From positions 295,926,001 to 295,990,000 of the forward strand of contig OZ024743.1 of assembly GCA_964016885.1 (NCBI GenBank): 64,000 nucleotides of DNA, in the 5' to 3' direction. Under the pieces are notes generated by a model. It was not told the DNA's origin. It did not search any database and saw nothing but the letters and a program-made list of their open reading frames with translations. The position numbers were made by a program, and so were the translations under genes. Below are positions 1-12,980 of this stretch, piece by piece (positions within the stretch are counted from its first letter, which is position 1; the number at the start of each line of letters is the position of its first letter). Origin of the DNA: Eledone cirrhosa. Its lineage: Eukaryota.

Positions 1-199
1 TTTTCTCTCTATCATAAATCTTTTTAATCTCAATTTCATCCTTAATTTATTATTATTATTTTTTTCTCCCCATCAACGAACTCATTATTAATACATATGA
101 ATTCAATATAAATTTTTCTCAAATCCTATACATAAACTTTTTCTCTTTGCTAATTTTAAGATTCCTACATTTCTCCTTTTGAATATTCACCCACAATTA

Positions 200-690
200 T
201 TATTTTTTTCTCTCTATCTCCATACATAATCTCCCTTCGTTATTTTTTTCTCTCTATCTCCATACATAATTTCCCTTCGTTAATTTTCAAATTCCTTTAA
301 TTTATACATTATCTTCCAACGGTTCCCAACCTCTCTATATTAAAACATTATATCTTTTTCTCAGTTATAAAAACTATCTCTTTCTCTCTATCACCCATCT
401 CTCCCTTTCCACCTTCACTCTCATCTCCTCCCTTTTTTTCATCCTTTCCACCCCCACCCCTCCCTAAATATAATATATTTTTTCCTCGCACATATCCTCC
501 CTTCGTTAATTTTCAAAATTTTTAATTTATACAGTATCTTCCAACGGTTTTCAACCCCTCTATATAAAATATATCTCCTCTCTGTTATAAAAACTATCTC
601 TTTCTCTCTATCACCCATCTCTCCCTCTCATCTCCTTCCCTTTTCATCCTTTTCTCTCCCCCCCTCTCTAAATAAAATATTTTTCCCAAT
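200..690. repeat. Pyrimidine-rich region with diverged tandem duplications (40-bp pair 201-280; ~225-bp pair ~273-495 / ~499-690), probably the 3' region of a PLE-type element
   Basis: tatttttttctctctatctccatacataat occurs twice; cccttcgttaattttcaaa...aaactatctctttctctctatcacccatctctccct occurs twice; an HHR and (TA)n follow. Confidence 0.7.
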
Positions 691-780
691 ATCACACATC
701 AATCTAAAACCACTTTTCATATGTTGATTTAAAACTGCACTATCAACAAGTGTTTTTTTAGCCTTCATATCATGTTCTCC

Positions 781-851
781 TGTTTTATCTGATGAAAACA
801 CAAATATTATTGTTTGATGATGTTTGTTTTTGAAATGCGCATAATAAAATA
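781..851 (+). ncRNA. Minimal type I hammerhead ribozyme motif
   Basis: Stem I tgttttat/ataaaata; CTGATGA 789-795; 15-bp stem II (796-810/817-831, one mismatch); GAAA 832-835; palindromic stem III ATGCGCAT; AUA cleavage triplet. Confidence 0.8.
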
Positions 852-881
852 TATTGAACTCCTTTAACCATCTTTTGATCT

Positions 882-888
<7 letters not shown>

Positions 889-970
<82 letters not shown>

Positions 971-1003
971 TAAATATATACATATATATATGTGTGTGTG
1001 TGT
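889..1003. repeat. Compound (TA)n(GA)n(TG)n microsatellite
   Basis: Direct reading. Confidence 0.95.
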
Positions 1004-1397
1004 ATACGTGTGCGTGCTTCGGCATATCGTCCTGATAATAGCTTCCAGTGATTCTCTGATTGTTTTATTTGCTCTGAATTTGCTGAAGGTAAATCACTTT
1101 CAGTTAACCACAATCTCTGAAGTTCCTCTTTTTTCTGTGTTTCCTTCTCAGGCCATGCTAGACATTTTACACAATCTATTCTTACACACCAGTAAAAACA
1201 AGCATGGCGTGAGAAGAAATTTGAAGAGAGATTTATTTGATTAAATAATCTTACACGTGTTTCATTACTGATTATATAAACATCTACGAGAGTTGCATAA
1301 TAATATATCTTCTTTTTACTCACTCGCATTATGTTTGCATTCGATCCTTCTTTAAGCATATGGGCCTGGAAATAACATTCGAACAAATTATAAGTTA

Positions 1398-2350
1398 GCT
1401 AATTTCCTAGATATTTCCCTTGACCTCAATATTAGTCTCTATAAAATTTACCATAAAAATAATGAAAATCTAACATATGTTAGCCTATATGCTAATCATC
1501 CTTGATCCATAATTAACTCCACCATCAAAGGTGTATCTCTTAGGATTTCCAGACTATCAACCTCCATAATTAGAGGTAATGCACGTCCGGATTACAACTA
1601 TGCAGCACTGCGGAAAACTGGTTATGAGGATGGAATAGAATATATTCCTAATAAACAGTTGAGCGAGAATATCATCACCCGAAACCATGAAGAAAACACT
1701 ACGCACATACTGCCGTTACCCGGGTGGAAACATTAACCCCACGAACAAAATTTTGAGGGTTATGCCGGATGAAATAACTAATAAATCTCGAATAAACTCT
1801 CTACCTGGAAAAACACTCAGAAGTTTCCACAATAGATCATACCTATGGTATAATCCTCGACATAACAACTTAGTTAAGACTAAATTTCCCTCTACCTTCT
1901 TCAAATTATTAGATAGAAATTTTCCGCCAAAACATAGGTATCATAAAATCTTAAATCGAAACTCTGTTAGACTCTAATACTCTACTTCGACAAACTTGGA
2001 AAACTTCATAGCGGGATTAAACAATAAACGCCTCCACAACCACAATAATAATACGGGTGCCTCAACTCGAGGCACTACTCTTCTTCCTCTCAACCTACTA
2101 CAGTTTACCAAACCAATAATACTAAGAATCACGGCTTGAATAATAAACGGGCATACCTGTCACATCCGGCTGGCATATCTACCATGAGCCTAACTATAAG
2201 AGCGAAAAAAGCACCTTAGCAAGCCTGCAATGGTACAGAGTATCTGCAGATAACCCAATAGATGCCCCCTATCGGACAGAAGCATGAATGACAGCATCGT
2301 GTACCAGTGCAAAATAACAACAAGCCTAGGAGCATACAAACATGTACGGG
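1398..2350 (+). pseudogene. Decayed Penelope-like element ORF fragment (RT C-terminus to start of GIY-YIG endonuclease)
   Basis: Translates ANFLDISLDLN...YVSLYANHP*, LWYNP...FFKLLDRNFPPKHRYHKILNRNSVRL*YS, RCPLS...IVYQCKI, with stops and frameshifts; same motif order as 8528-9615. Confidence 0.85.
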
Positions 2351-2515
2351 CCACATCTTTTATTATATCACATCTTTTATTATATCACATAACTCAATTA
2401 ACAACGCTGATAAAAAATATCTGGTAAGCTGTTCTTTCATTAACATTTACATAATCATTCCACACATACGATTTTACCAACGTAAAGGGAATATTCCCTC
2501 ATCTACACACACACG

Positions 2516-2572
<57 letters not shown>

Positions 2573-2858
2573 ATATGCGTGTGCATATTTGTATCCGCAC
2601 TTACCACTACAATCGGGATTCTCAACATAAAATATTTCACTTTATGTGACTCTTCTTGTAAAATTATCTGTCATGGAATTAAAGGGAAAATGGCGGTTTG
2701 GGGGACATGACTCCATTTGTCATCTCTAGTTTATTACAAAAATAATATTATACTTTTGTTCTTTGTAATATCTTCTAAAACATAATAATGTATTTCATCG
2801 CCATTCTACCCATCTTCGCCTTTTTCTCTTTCCCAAACATGCTTACGCTCTCTTAGTT

Positions 2859-4290
<1,432 letters not shown>

Positions 4291-4389
4291 TTTCAAATTC
4301 AATCACCTGACTTATAATTCACAGCTAATACATCATTGTATTTATCCAGTACAACGTTATCACCCATTACATTTCCATCAATATCAGCA

Positions 4390-4430
4390 ACTACTTCGGC
4401 TACTACTACTACTACTACTACTACTACTAT

Positions 4431-4465
<35 letters not shown>

Positions 4466-4690
4466 CGGCTACTACTACTGCTACTACTGCTACTACTAAT
4501 AATTGTTTCTACTTTTGGCACAACGCCAGCAATTATCCCAGTGCATTACTGGTACTTTATTTTATCGACCCCGTAAGGATGAAAGGCAAAGTTAACCTCG
4601 GCGGGATTTGAACTCAGACCATAAAGGGCCGTAACTCGTTGCTGCAAAGCATGGCGTCCGACCCTCTACCGATACTGCCAATCGACCGCC
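4390..4690 (-). mobile_element. tRNA-derived SINE (body 4501-4690) with (TAG)n tail
   Basis: Minus strand: A box TGGCAGTATCGG, B box GAGTTCAAATCCC, body ctttgcctttcatccttacggggtcgataaa shared with other copies in the window. Confidence 0.85.
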
Positions 4691-4940
4691 GTACTGCTAC
4701 TACTACTACTAATAATAATAATAATGTTTTCTGATTTAGGCACAAGGCCAGCAATTTTGGAGACAGGGGAAAGTCGATTAAATCGACCCCTGTGCATTAT
4801 TGGTGCTTTATTTATCGACCCCGTAAGGATGAAAGGCAAAGTTAACCTCGGCGGGCTTTGAACTCAGAAAGTAAAGAGCCGTAACTATATGCCGCAAAGC
4901 ATGTTGTCAGATGCTCTACCGATTCTGCCAATCCACGGCC
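4691..4940 (-). mobile_element. tRNA-derived SINE (body 4726-4940) with (TTA)n/(TAG)n tail
   Basis: Minus strand: TGGCAGAATCGG A box, GAGTTCAAAGCCC B box, same body. Confidence 0.85.
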
Positions 4941-4944
4941 CTCA

Positions 4945-5537
4945 ATTATGCAAACAAGCCTCAATTTTATAGCCATGTCGGTTCTGTTCACATGCCAACA
5001 CAAGAGCAAGAATGAAGGGTTCATTCTACTGCCATGGCTATAAAATTGAGGTTTGTTTGCATTATTGCAAACGAATCGAATGTTATTATTAATATTCGAA
5101 AAACTCAGATTACATGTATTGTATTCAGCCATGTATAGCGAACATTTTCTTTTTTATTTGAATTTGGCAAAGCCGGCCATTTATCGCTCGTGTACAGGAA
5201 ACTGACTGGCCAGTCTGCTGATATGCAAATCTGGCTTAACACTGGATCTGCTAATATGCAGATCTGACTGATCAGCCAGTCTGCTAATATGCATATCAGG
5301 CCGATCAGTCACTGTGTATTTTTGAAAATAGCATATATTTTCACTAGCTCTGACAGTTTGGCAGGTGAACAGTGAGCTGTACTGATGAAGGGTGATACCC
5401 AGAAATATTAATGTCTGCAGTTCTGTTCATATGCCAACACAAGAGCAAGGGTTTATTCTACTGACATAAAATTGAGGCTTGTTTGCATTATTGCAAACGA
5501 ATCGAATGTTATTATTAATATTCGAAAAACTCAGATT

Positions 5538-5541
<4 letters not shown>
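4945..5541 (+). mobile_element. Non-coding ~440-bp-period HHR element: terminal direct repeat (4982-5114 / 5421-5541), short inverted 5' copy (4945-4977), ends in (TA)n
   Basis: ttctgttca.atgccaacacaagagcaag...aaaactcagattacat repeated; 4945-4977 is the reverse complement of ~5032-5064; HHR at 5374-5423. Confidence 0.7.
5374..5423 (+). ncRNA. Type I hammerhead ribozyme motif
   Basis: Stem I gagctgta/tgcagttc (extends tgaaca/tgttca); CTGATGA 5382-5388; stem II gggt-gat-accc; GAAA 5402-5405; near-palindromic stem III; GUC cleavage after 5415. Confidence 0.8.
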
Positions 5542-5587
<46 letters not shown>

Positions 5588-5679
5588 TACAAACACGCAC
5601 AAGTATATATGTGCAGGCACTAGTTCCGATCTAGCTGTCGAAACAGCCGGAGCTCAGCCGTCGGGGCACTGGCTCTTTT

Positions 5680-5714
<35 letters not shown>

Positions 5715-5716
5715 TA

Positions 5717-6090
5717 ATTAAAATAACAGATTAAGGTTTAAGCAAAGAATCGCTGCTTCCACCCTTAACGGGATATTCTGAAACTCTGTTTCAGAAGATC
5801 CCATATTCGTTTTCTCCCGTTCATTGCCAGGGAACGTTTCCACGAACCAAAGTATCGTCTTCCTGTCTTCCTCCGGTTGCAACGTTTTTTTTTAAATATT
5901 CACTTCTGCGTTTACAGATTGACTTTGTCAGTTTTAGAAGATCCTGTTAAGGGTGAAAGCAGCGATTCTTTGCTTAAACTTTAATCTGTTATTTTAATAA
6001 ATATTTGCTCTACGGTTCTTATATATTTGATATATATTTATCCTTATCGAACCCTCTTTGGATTTTAGTCTTCAAATTTATTATTATTAC
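5717..6090 (+). mobile_element. Solo 3' pLTR fragment of the PLE at 7790-10597, with inverted 5' partial copy
   Basis: 5803-6005 matches 10398-10599; 5717-5785 is an inverted copy of ~5930-5998; flanked by (TA)n. Confidence 0.8.
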
Positions 6091-6990
6091 TATATATATA
6101 TATATATTTATTTATATATATATATATTCATCCTACACGAATCGCAATATTATAAGCGTAAATCGTTTTCATAAGTCGCCAAGCAATATGTAAATTATTT
6201 CTGCCTAAGCTTTGCAATATTAGCAGTGAAACCATACTTGGAGAAACCAATATATAACGTTCATAACTAAGTAAACAAGCTAAATGCTTCCTCTATGCTT
6301 ATGATATAAGCACCAGATTCAGTGACATTAATTCTGAGAGAATGTTTCACATGATTATATGTAGAAATGGTTCACCCAACGAATTAGAATTGAATGCTGA
6401 GAATATAGGTCTTATTGCATTACACTTTAAATTTGACGTATTTTGAATATAAAATATGGAGAACATTGACAATGGTAAAATTATACATAAAATTTGCAAT
6501 ATATAAAACCATTTTAGATTTTCTATATATATTTAATATTAAGCATGAAATATTTCATTCAATCGCTTTTAACTGAATTCCCTATACTTCGCCTTTTATA
6601 TGGGAAAAATACATCAGCTGCTATGAGGTCTGCTTAAAGGTATGACTACTAAATAGTGTTATTATGATATAATTTACGTATATATTACAGAAAACACACA
6701 CTCATTGCATTACGGAGATTCATACACAAAAGCCATATATGTTTTAGCCTATTTTGTCTCCATAGCGAATAAGTTCATGTTACCACTTACTGATAAAACC
6801 TAGACAGAACGATCTGACATTCTCACCGCTACAAAGATAGCAGAGACATTATTACAATTTTTGTATTTATTATAACAAGACTCCTATATGTTTATAATAC
6901 ATAAAAATAGTGTATATGCATTCATATATAACCCTATGCTGAAACTCAACATGTTAGTGGCATTTCATTTTATTTTTATATATACGAGGA

Positions 6991-7151
6991 GGGTGGTGGA
7001 ATGGCAGAATCCGTAGAGCGACGGACACCCTGCTTCGAGGCATAGAATTGCAGCCCCTAACATTCTGAGTTCAAATCCCGCCGAATTATTTATTCGACTT
7101 TCCCCATCAACCAAAATTACTGGCCTTGTGCCTCAAGTAGAAACAGTTATT
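6991..7151 (+). mobile_element. tRNA-derived SINE, internally deleted
   Basis: TGGCAGAATCCG A box, GAGTTCAAATCCC B box, 3' end tggccttgtgcctcaagtagaaac; central body missing. Confidence 0.8.
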
Positions 7152-7158
7152 AAATATA

Positions 7159-7340
7159 CGAGGGTCAGCTGAAAAGTTCATAGGCTGACCAAGATACTCT
7201 CATGGAATGACCAAATGAGGTTTATATTTCAACATAGTCTCTGGAAAGGAAAAGACAGGTTGAAATGTATGCAAGAAAGATTTAACAACATTAGCATTAT
7301 TTCTTCCTAATCAGACTATGAACGTTTCAGTCGACCCTCA
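7159..7340. mobile_element. Tc1/mariner-type MITE
   Basis: ~30-bp imperfect TIRs cgagggtcagctgaaaagttcataggctga / tcagactatgaacgtttcagtcgaccctca, TA on both flanks. Confidence 0.8.
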
Positions 7341-8527
7341 TATATATATGTGTGTGTGGGGGGGGGGGGGATTGTTTGTGTAATTATATATATATGCATA
7401 TTATATACATATATATATGCATACATGTGCACACATACAGACGTACACGCACACATGTATGTATACATGTATATATATATGTGTGTGTGTGTGTGTCTGT
7501 GCCTGTGTGTCTGTGTGTGTGGGTGTGGGTGTGTGGGTGTGTGGGTGTGTGTGTGTGTGTAATATAATCCTTATCGAGTCCTCTTCGGACTTCAGTCTTC
7601 ACATTTATTATATATATATAAATAGGAACGAGTAGGACCCCGACGGCTGAGCTCAAGCCGTTTCGACGGCTAATTCTGGACTGAGTATATTACCCACTCT
7701 ACTACCCTAAGTATTGAGTACTGGTGCGTTATGGTTCACCTGGTTCCTTACCACATTTCCTCCGTTATATATATATAAATATATATATAGTAATAATAAC
7801 AAATTTGAAGACTAAAATCGAAAGAGGGCTCGATAAGGATAAATATATATCAAATATATATCAAATATATAAGAACCGTAGAGCAAATATTTATTAAAAT
7901 AACAGATTAAAGTTTAAGCAAAGAATCGCTGTTTTCACCCTTAACGGGATTTTCTGAAACTAAATAAGTCAATCTGTGAACGCAGAAGTGAATATTTTAT
8001 TTCAAAAAACGTTGCAACTGGATGAAGACAGGAAGACGATACTTTGGTTCGTGGAAACGTTCCCTGGCAAAGAACGGGAAAAAAACGAAGATAATACGTC
8101 ATTATTTGGAGCGGTGAAAAACAATTATACGCAAAGACAAAACCACGTTTATGGTATAAAAGAAGTCGTAGGCTAATATTCTATTAGGTGGTTCATAGAG
8201 ACGTTCTCAGGCAATGAACGGGAAAAACGAAGATAATACGTCATATGTGGAGCGTGGAGAACAATTGCACGCAAAGACAAAACCTCGTAAATAGTATAAC
8301 TGAATTCGTAGACTAAAATTCTAACTTGGAAACCGAATGAGTCTCGGCTTCAGAGTTAACAATAAAGTAAATAAAATACAGAGGTAATTGAAATTAAATA
8401 AATACATACGCGCATCCATATACGTACATACACAAGCATACGCGAAAAACTCGCCATATGTATACAAATACACGCACATATAAATATGTGTGTGTGTGTG
8501 CGCGTGTATACAAATAATTAAATAAAC

Positions 8528-9615
8528 GGTTTGTATCGTGATGATGGTCTTTTGATCATGACTAAGTGCGATCCACGTGCTTGCGACAGGTTCAGAAAAG
8601 AACTCACAGCCTTCTTTAAAGGTTTCAACCTCTCTATACAGGTTGAGACCAACCTCTCGGTCGTTAATTACCTCGACGTTACCCTCAATTTATCGAATGG
8701 CTTGTATTACCCGTATAGAAAGCCGAATGATACACTTAATTACAGAAGTAAACATTCTAACCATCCTGCCAGCATAACCAAGAACCTGGTAAGAAACGTT
8801 TCTTTGAGGCTTTCCCGTCTATCTACTAACGAGCATGTTTTCAACGACCATTCCACATATTACAATGAAGCTCTTGCTCGGAGTTGACTTGTCGATAAGG
8901 TAGCATATACAGAGTACGAGAATAGCCCTAGAAAAAATAGATCCCGACGCATTATATGGTATAACCCACCATATAGTATGGAGGTAGCCACGCCATTAAC
9001 TAAAATCTTTCTCTCCCTTATTACGAAGCATTTTCCCTCTACACATAAATATAGTTAAATTTTTAATAGAAATACTATTAAAATTTCTTCGTCTACGACT
9101 ACTAACCTTGCTCATAACATCACAGCTTCAAATTTAGCTAAACTACCTAGACGTAGGAACACGTGCAACCCTTTAGTTAGTAACTGTAATTGTAGGAATC
9201 GGGTTGACTGCCCCCTATCCGGGAAATGCCTCTCTAGTAACATTGTCTACAAATGTAAGGTTGAAACACCCACGTCCCGTAGGGCCTACATAGGGTTAAC
9301 CGCCAATAGATTCAAACAGAGTCTTTACATGCATACCCATTCTTTTCGTTACCCTCTAAGAAGGAATAAGACGTCACTTTCAGCTTATATCTGGAGTCTA
9401 AAAGACAATATAAGTTACACTGGGAGATCCTAGCTATGGCTAGATCGTATAACGGAAATAAAAGACCATGTGACATCTGCGCCGCTGAGGCCCTGGAAAT
9501 ACTCTACGCCACAGACCACATCTTAAACAAAAAATCTGAGGCAATTTCGGCTTGTAAACATAAATTGCACAAAACTTTCCTGTATTACAGCCCCACATTA
9601 TACCCTAACGGATAG
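8528..9615 (+). pseudogene. PLE reverse transcriptase C-terminus plus GIY-YIG endonuclease, disrupted
   Basis: GLYRDDGL (RT catalytic DD), NYLDVTLNL, SNHP, WYNPPYS, CNCRNRVDCPLSGKC, IVYKC...AYIGLT, H..SF, CDIC..E, LNKKSE...CKH; two in-frame stops and a frameshift. Confidence 0.92.
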
Positions 9616-10523
9616 TACGATCTATACGCGGATATTTTACGTCTTGATGTGGTAGCTAAGTATATGTTATGTTTACACCATTACTTATTTGTATAGGTAA
9701 GTATATATTACCTGTATGTTTTGTGAAGATACGTATACTTTCCCGTACGTATATTTGATTGTATATGTTATGGCGTATATTTTATATATTCTGGTACATA
9801 TGCTTTTGGTTATGTGTATACGTGAGTTTGCGTCTGCGTGATTATGCGGGTTCGTACGTATGTAGGGTGTGTGTATATGTGTACTTCGTGTTTTGGTTGA
9901 CGTACGTCTCCGAACATATGTGTATTTACATGTAGGTATGTGTGTGCGCTTGTGATATACGTATTTATTTATTTATATACGTTTATTTAATTATTTGTAT
10001 ACACGCGCACACACACACACACACATATTTATATGTGCGTGTATGTGTATACCTATGGCGAGTTTTTCGCGTATGCTTGTGTATGTATTTATTAAATTTC
10101 AATTACCTCTGTATTTTATTTACTTTATTCTTAACTCTGAAGCTGAGACTCATTCGGTTTCCTAGTTTGAAAAATTAGTCTACGATTTCAGTTATACCAT
10201 TTACGTGGTTTTGTCTTTGCGTGCAATTGTTCTCCATGCTCCACATATGATGTATTATCTTCGTTTTTTCCGTTCATTGCCTGAGAACGTCTCTATGAAC
10301 CACCTAATAGAATATGAGTCTACGACTTCTTTTATACCATAAACGTGGTTTTGTCTTTGCGTGTAATTGTTTTTCACCGCTCCAAATAATGACATATTAT
10401 ATTCGTTTTTTCCCGTTCTTTGCCAGGGAACGTTTCCACGAGCCAAAGTATCGTCTTCCTGTCTTCCTCCAGTTGCAACGTTTTTTGAAATATTCACTTC
10501 TGCGTTCACAGATTGACTTTGTT

Positions 10524-10574
10524 AGTTTCAGTAGATCCCGTTAAGGGTTAAAGCAGCGATTCTTTGCTTAAACT
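10524..10574 (+). ncRNA. Degenerate hammerhead-like motif in PLE pLTR (related copies 5930-5980 +, 5735-5785 -, 7911-7961 -)
   Basis: Family consensus agttt-CAGAAGA-tcccgttaagggt-GAAA-gca...tgc-TT-aaact; U4 replaced by A in all four copies; this copy has further core changes (CAGTAGA, TAAA). Confidence 0.45.
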
Positions 10575-10590
10575 TTAATCTGTTATTTTA

Positions 10591-10674
<84 letters not shown>

Positions 10675-10959
10675 GGGTGTTTATGATTCTGTATAGAAGA
10701 TAATATTAATAAAAGGAATTCCAACTTTGTCTCATTTACTCGTTTTATTTACAATCCTTTAAAATTACAATGATATTATAATGAAATGGTATGGTAGAAT
10801 ATTAAATGGTAAATGTTAATTGAACAAGTATGGTCATGCTTTCGCAATCTTCAGGTTCATAGTCAGCGGTGACAGTCAAGTTGGCAATTTTCAACTGTAA
10901 TGAGATGGCTAAAAAATGGTAAGTTTTACAAACTGTATATATATATATATATATATATA

Positions 10960-11420
10960 TACAATATTAAATAAATGGAAAACTATATTTATAAAACCAT
11001 ATTTATTTCATTATATATATTTCGGGGATATCATATTAACAATATGCTATGCCTTCATCAGACAAAATACAATATAAACAGTTTTATAGATAAATATATT
11101 CGACATACCGTAATAAACATCAACTTCATTTGAAGAGGTTTACGCTAGCAGTAAACCTCTTCAAATGAAGTTGATGTTTATTACGGTATGTCGAATATAT
11201 TTATCTATAAAACTGTTTATATTGTATTTTGTCTGATGAAGGCATAGCATATTGTTAATATGATATCCCCGAAATATATATAATGAAATAAATATGGTTT
11301 TATAAATATAGTTTTCCATTTATTTAATATTGTAAATATACTCCAAATATTTGTCGAGTGCTTTTATATCAGTTATAAATATTTACTAGTTGTAACCCAA
11401 CAATTTTAAATATAACTTTA
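10960..11420 (+). mobile_element. Fold-back HHR element: 184-bp inverted repeat (10960-11143 / 11151-11334) plus 3' extension, inside (TA)n
   Basis: Arms read as exact reverse complements around the 7-nt spacer gctagca. Confidence 0.85.
11225..11290 (+). ncRNA. Minimal type I hammerhead motif (mirror copy 11004-11069 on -)
   Basis: Stem I tattttgt/atgaaata; CTGATGA 11233-11239; imperfect stem II; GAAA 11271-11274; palindromic ATATATAT; AUA triplet. Confidence 0.7.
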
Positions 11421-11424
11421 CACA

Positions 11425-11608
<184 letters not shown>

Positions 11609-11647
11609 TTAACTGATATATATATATATATCAGTTATATATATTAA

Positions 11648-11770
11648 CTGAGATGTTAAATGGTTAAGATTTTCCTTGATTAAATCTTAACCATTTAACA
11701 TCTCAGGGTATGTCATGTATTATTATATTTTGTCTGATGAGGACGTACTGTTGTACCTGAAATATTTGTA

Positions 11771-11778
<8 letters not shown>
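11648..11778 (+). mobile_element. Short member of the same fold-back HHR family, with 25-bp hairpin and decayed HHR
   Basis: IR 11648-11672 / 11682-11706; ggtatgtc...tattttgtCTGATGA (11734)...GAAAtat (11759) shared with the 11151-11290 and 12764-12875 copies; stem I 3' strand eroded. Confidence 0.6.
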
Positions 11779-11863
<85 letters not shown>

Positions 11864-12043
11864 TATTTTCCGTTGTGTTGTAATATAAATATTACACACA
11901 GTAGATTATCAGCTCACGTAGAGTTTGCTCGACGGTTCCAGTTGTAGTTCCAAAAGTAATCCGGAGAAAAATAGAAAGATTTGAATGGATACAGTTTAGT
12001 ATCCTAATATTCTCTATAAAAACTAAATAGGTCCTCAGTAATA

Positions 12044-12164
12044 TTATTCTGATGAAATGACAGTAAATAATAACATTGAAATATTGAATGTCTGCATAAC
12101 TAAAACTTTGTAGATAGCAGCTGTTTTCAGGTTATGAAACTGTTATAGAAACACGTGTCAATAA
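12044..12164 (+). ncRNA. Type I hammerhead motif with ~90-nt stem II
   Basis: Stem I ttatt/aataa; CTGATGA 12049-12055; stem II atgacagt/actgttat plus inner helices; GAAA 12148-12151; palindromic ACACGTGT; GUC cleavage after 12159; element has inverted ends ~11968-12000 / 12175-12206. Confidence 0.7.
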
Positions 12165-12201
12165 ATTCCTTTCAACTAAACTGTATCCATTCAAATCTTT
12201 C

Positions 12202-12241
<40 letters not shown>

Positions 12242-12499
12242 CAATCGCACCACTCGACCTTAAGTACAGTGTGTGTCTCTGATCAAAACATTGGAATACT
12301 GAAGGATGTAACACAGGGCACTGGTATTTATAGATACACTGGAGAATCAAATAAATGAAAACAATACCAATAATAAAAAAATAAAAAATAAAAAATAAAA
12401 CTAATAAAAAATAATAAAAAATACGGTTACTGATAATAGTAGTAGTGGTGGTAGTTGAAGTTATAATGGTGAGTAGGTGGATGTGTAATATATATATAT

Positions 12500-12920
12500 A
12501 TAACCAAAGATTAATATGGTTCGTTGATTACTCAATGAATACAATATTACAATAGATTAGAAGCACTCAAAAAGAGATTTTCCTGGAGTTTTTAATATTC
12601 AAAATGTTAATAAATGAAAAATATTCTCATAATCAAAATATATATTTTATTATACATATTTCAAAGGTACAATGTTGTTTAACTACGTTTTTATCAGGCA
12701 AAATATATGATTTGATATGTGACATACCGCTACGGTTTTGATTATTCAATTCCAGTACTGCCCAATTGAATAATCAAAACCGTAGCGGTATGTCACATAT
12801 CTAATCATATATTTTGTCTGATGAAAACGTAGTTAAACACCATTGTACCTTTGAAATATGTATAATAAAATATATATTTTGATTATGAGAAAATTTTTAA
12901 TTTATTCACATTTTGAATAA
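12500..12920. mobile_element. Fold-back HHR element with ~155-bp imperfect inverted repeat (12596-12751 / 12764-12919)
   Basis: Arms are reverse complements with scattered mismatches; flanked by (TA)n; related to 10960-11420. Confidence 0.8.
12807..12875 (+). ncRNA. Minimal type I hammerhead motif (mirror 12640-12708 on - has core CTGATAA)
   Basis: Stem I atatattttgt/ataaaatatat; CTGATGA 12818-12824; weak stem II; GAAA 12853-12856; ATATGTAT near-palindrome; AUA triplet. Confidence 0.7.
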
Positions 12921-12921
12921 A

Positions 12922-12978
<57 letters not shown>

Positions 12979-12980
<2 letters not shown>

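Larger units (their letters stand above)
7790..10597 (+). mobile_element. 5'-truncated Penelope-like retroelement with inverted pLTR copy
   Basis: ~7890-8528 is an inverted copy of ~9980-10597; RT-GIY-YIG remnant lies between; (TA)n at both ends; ~143-bp subrepeats in the pLTR. Confidence 0.9.

Noticed and set aside
4501-4940. tRNA genes
   Set aside because: A and B boxes are present but no cloverleaf is evident; a shared body and simple-repeat tail indicate SINEs
10670-10937. Tc1/mariner element starting tacacgggtgt
   Set aside because: No matching right TIR or transposase found
12787-12862. Type III hammerhead reading using the upstream GGTATGTC as cleavage site
   Set aside because: Needs several G-U pairs and fails in sister copies; the type I fold pairs better
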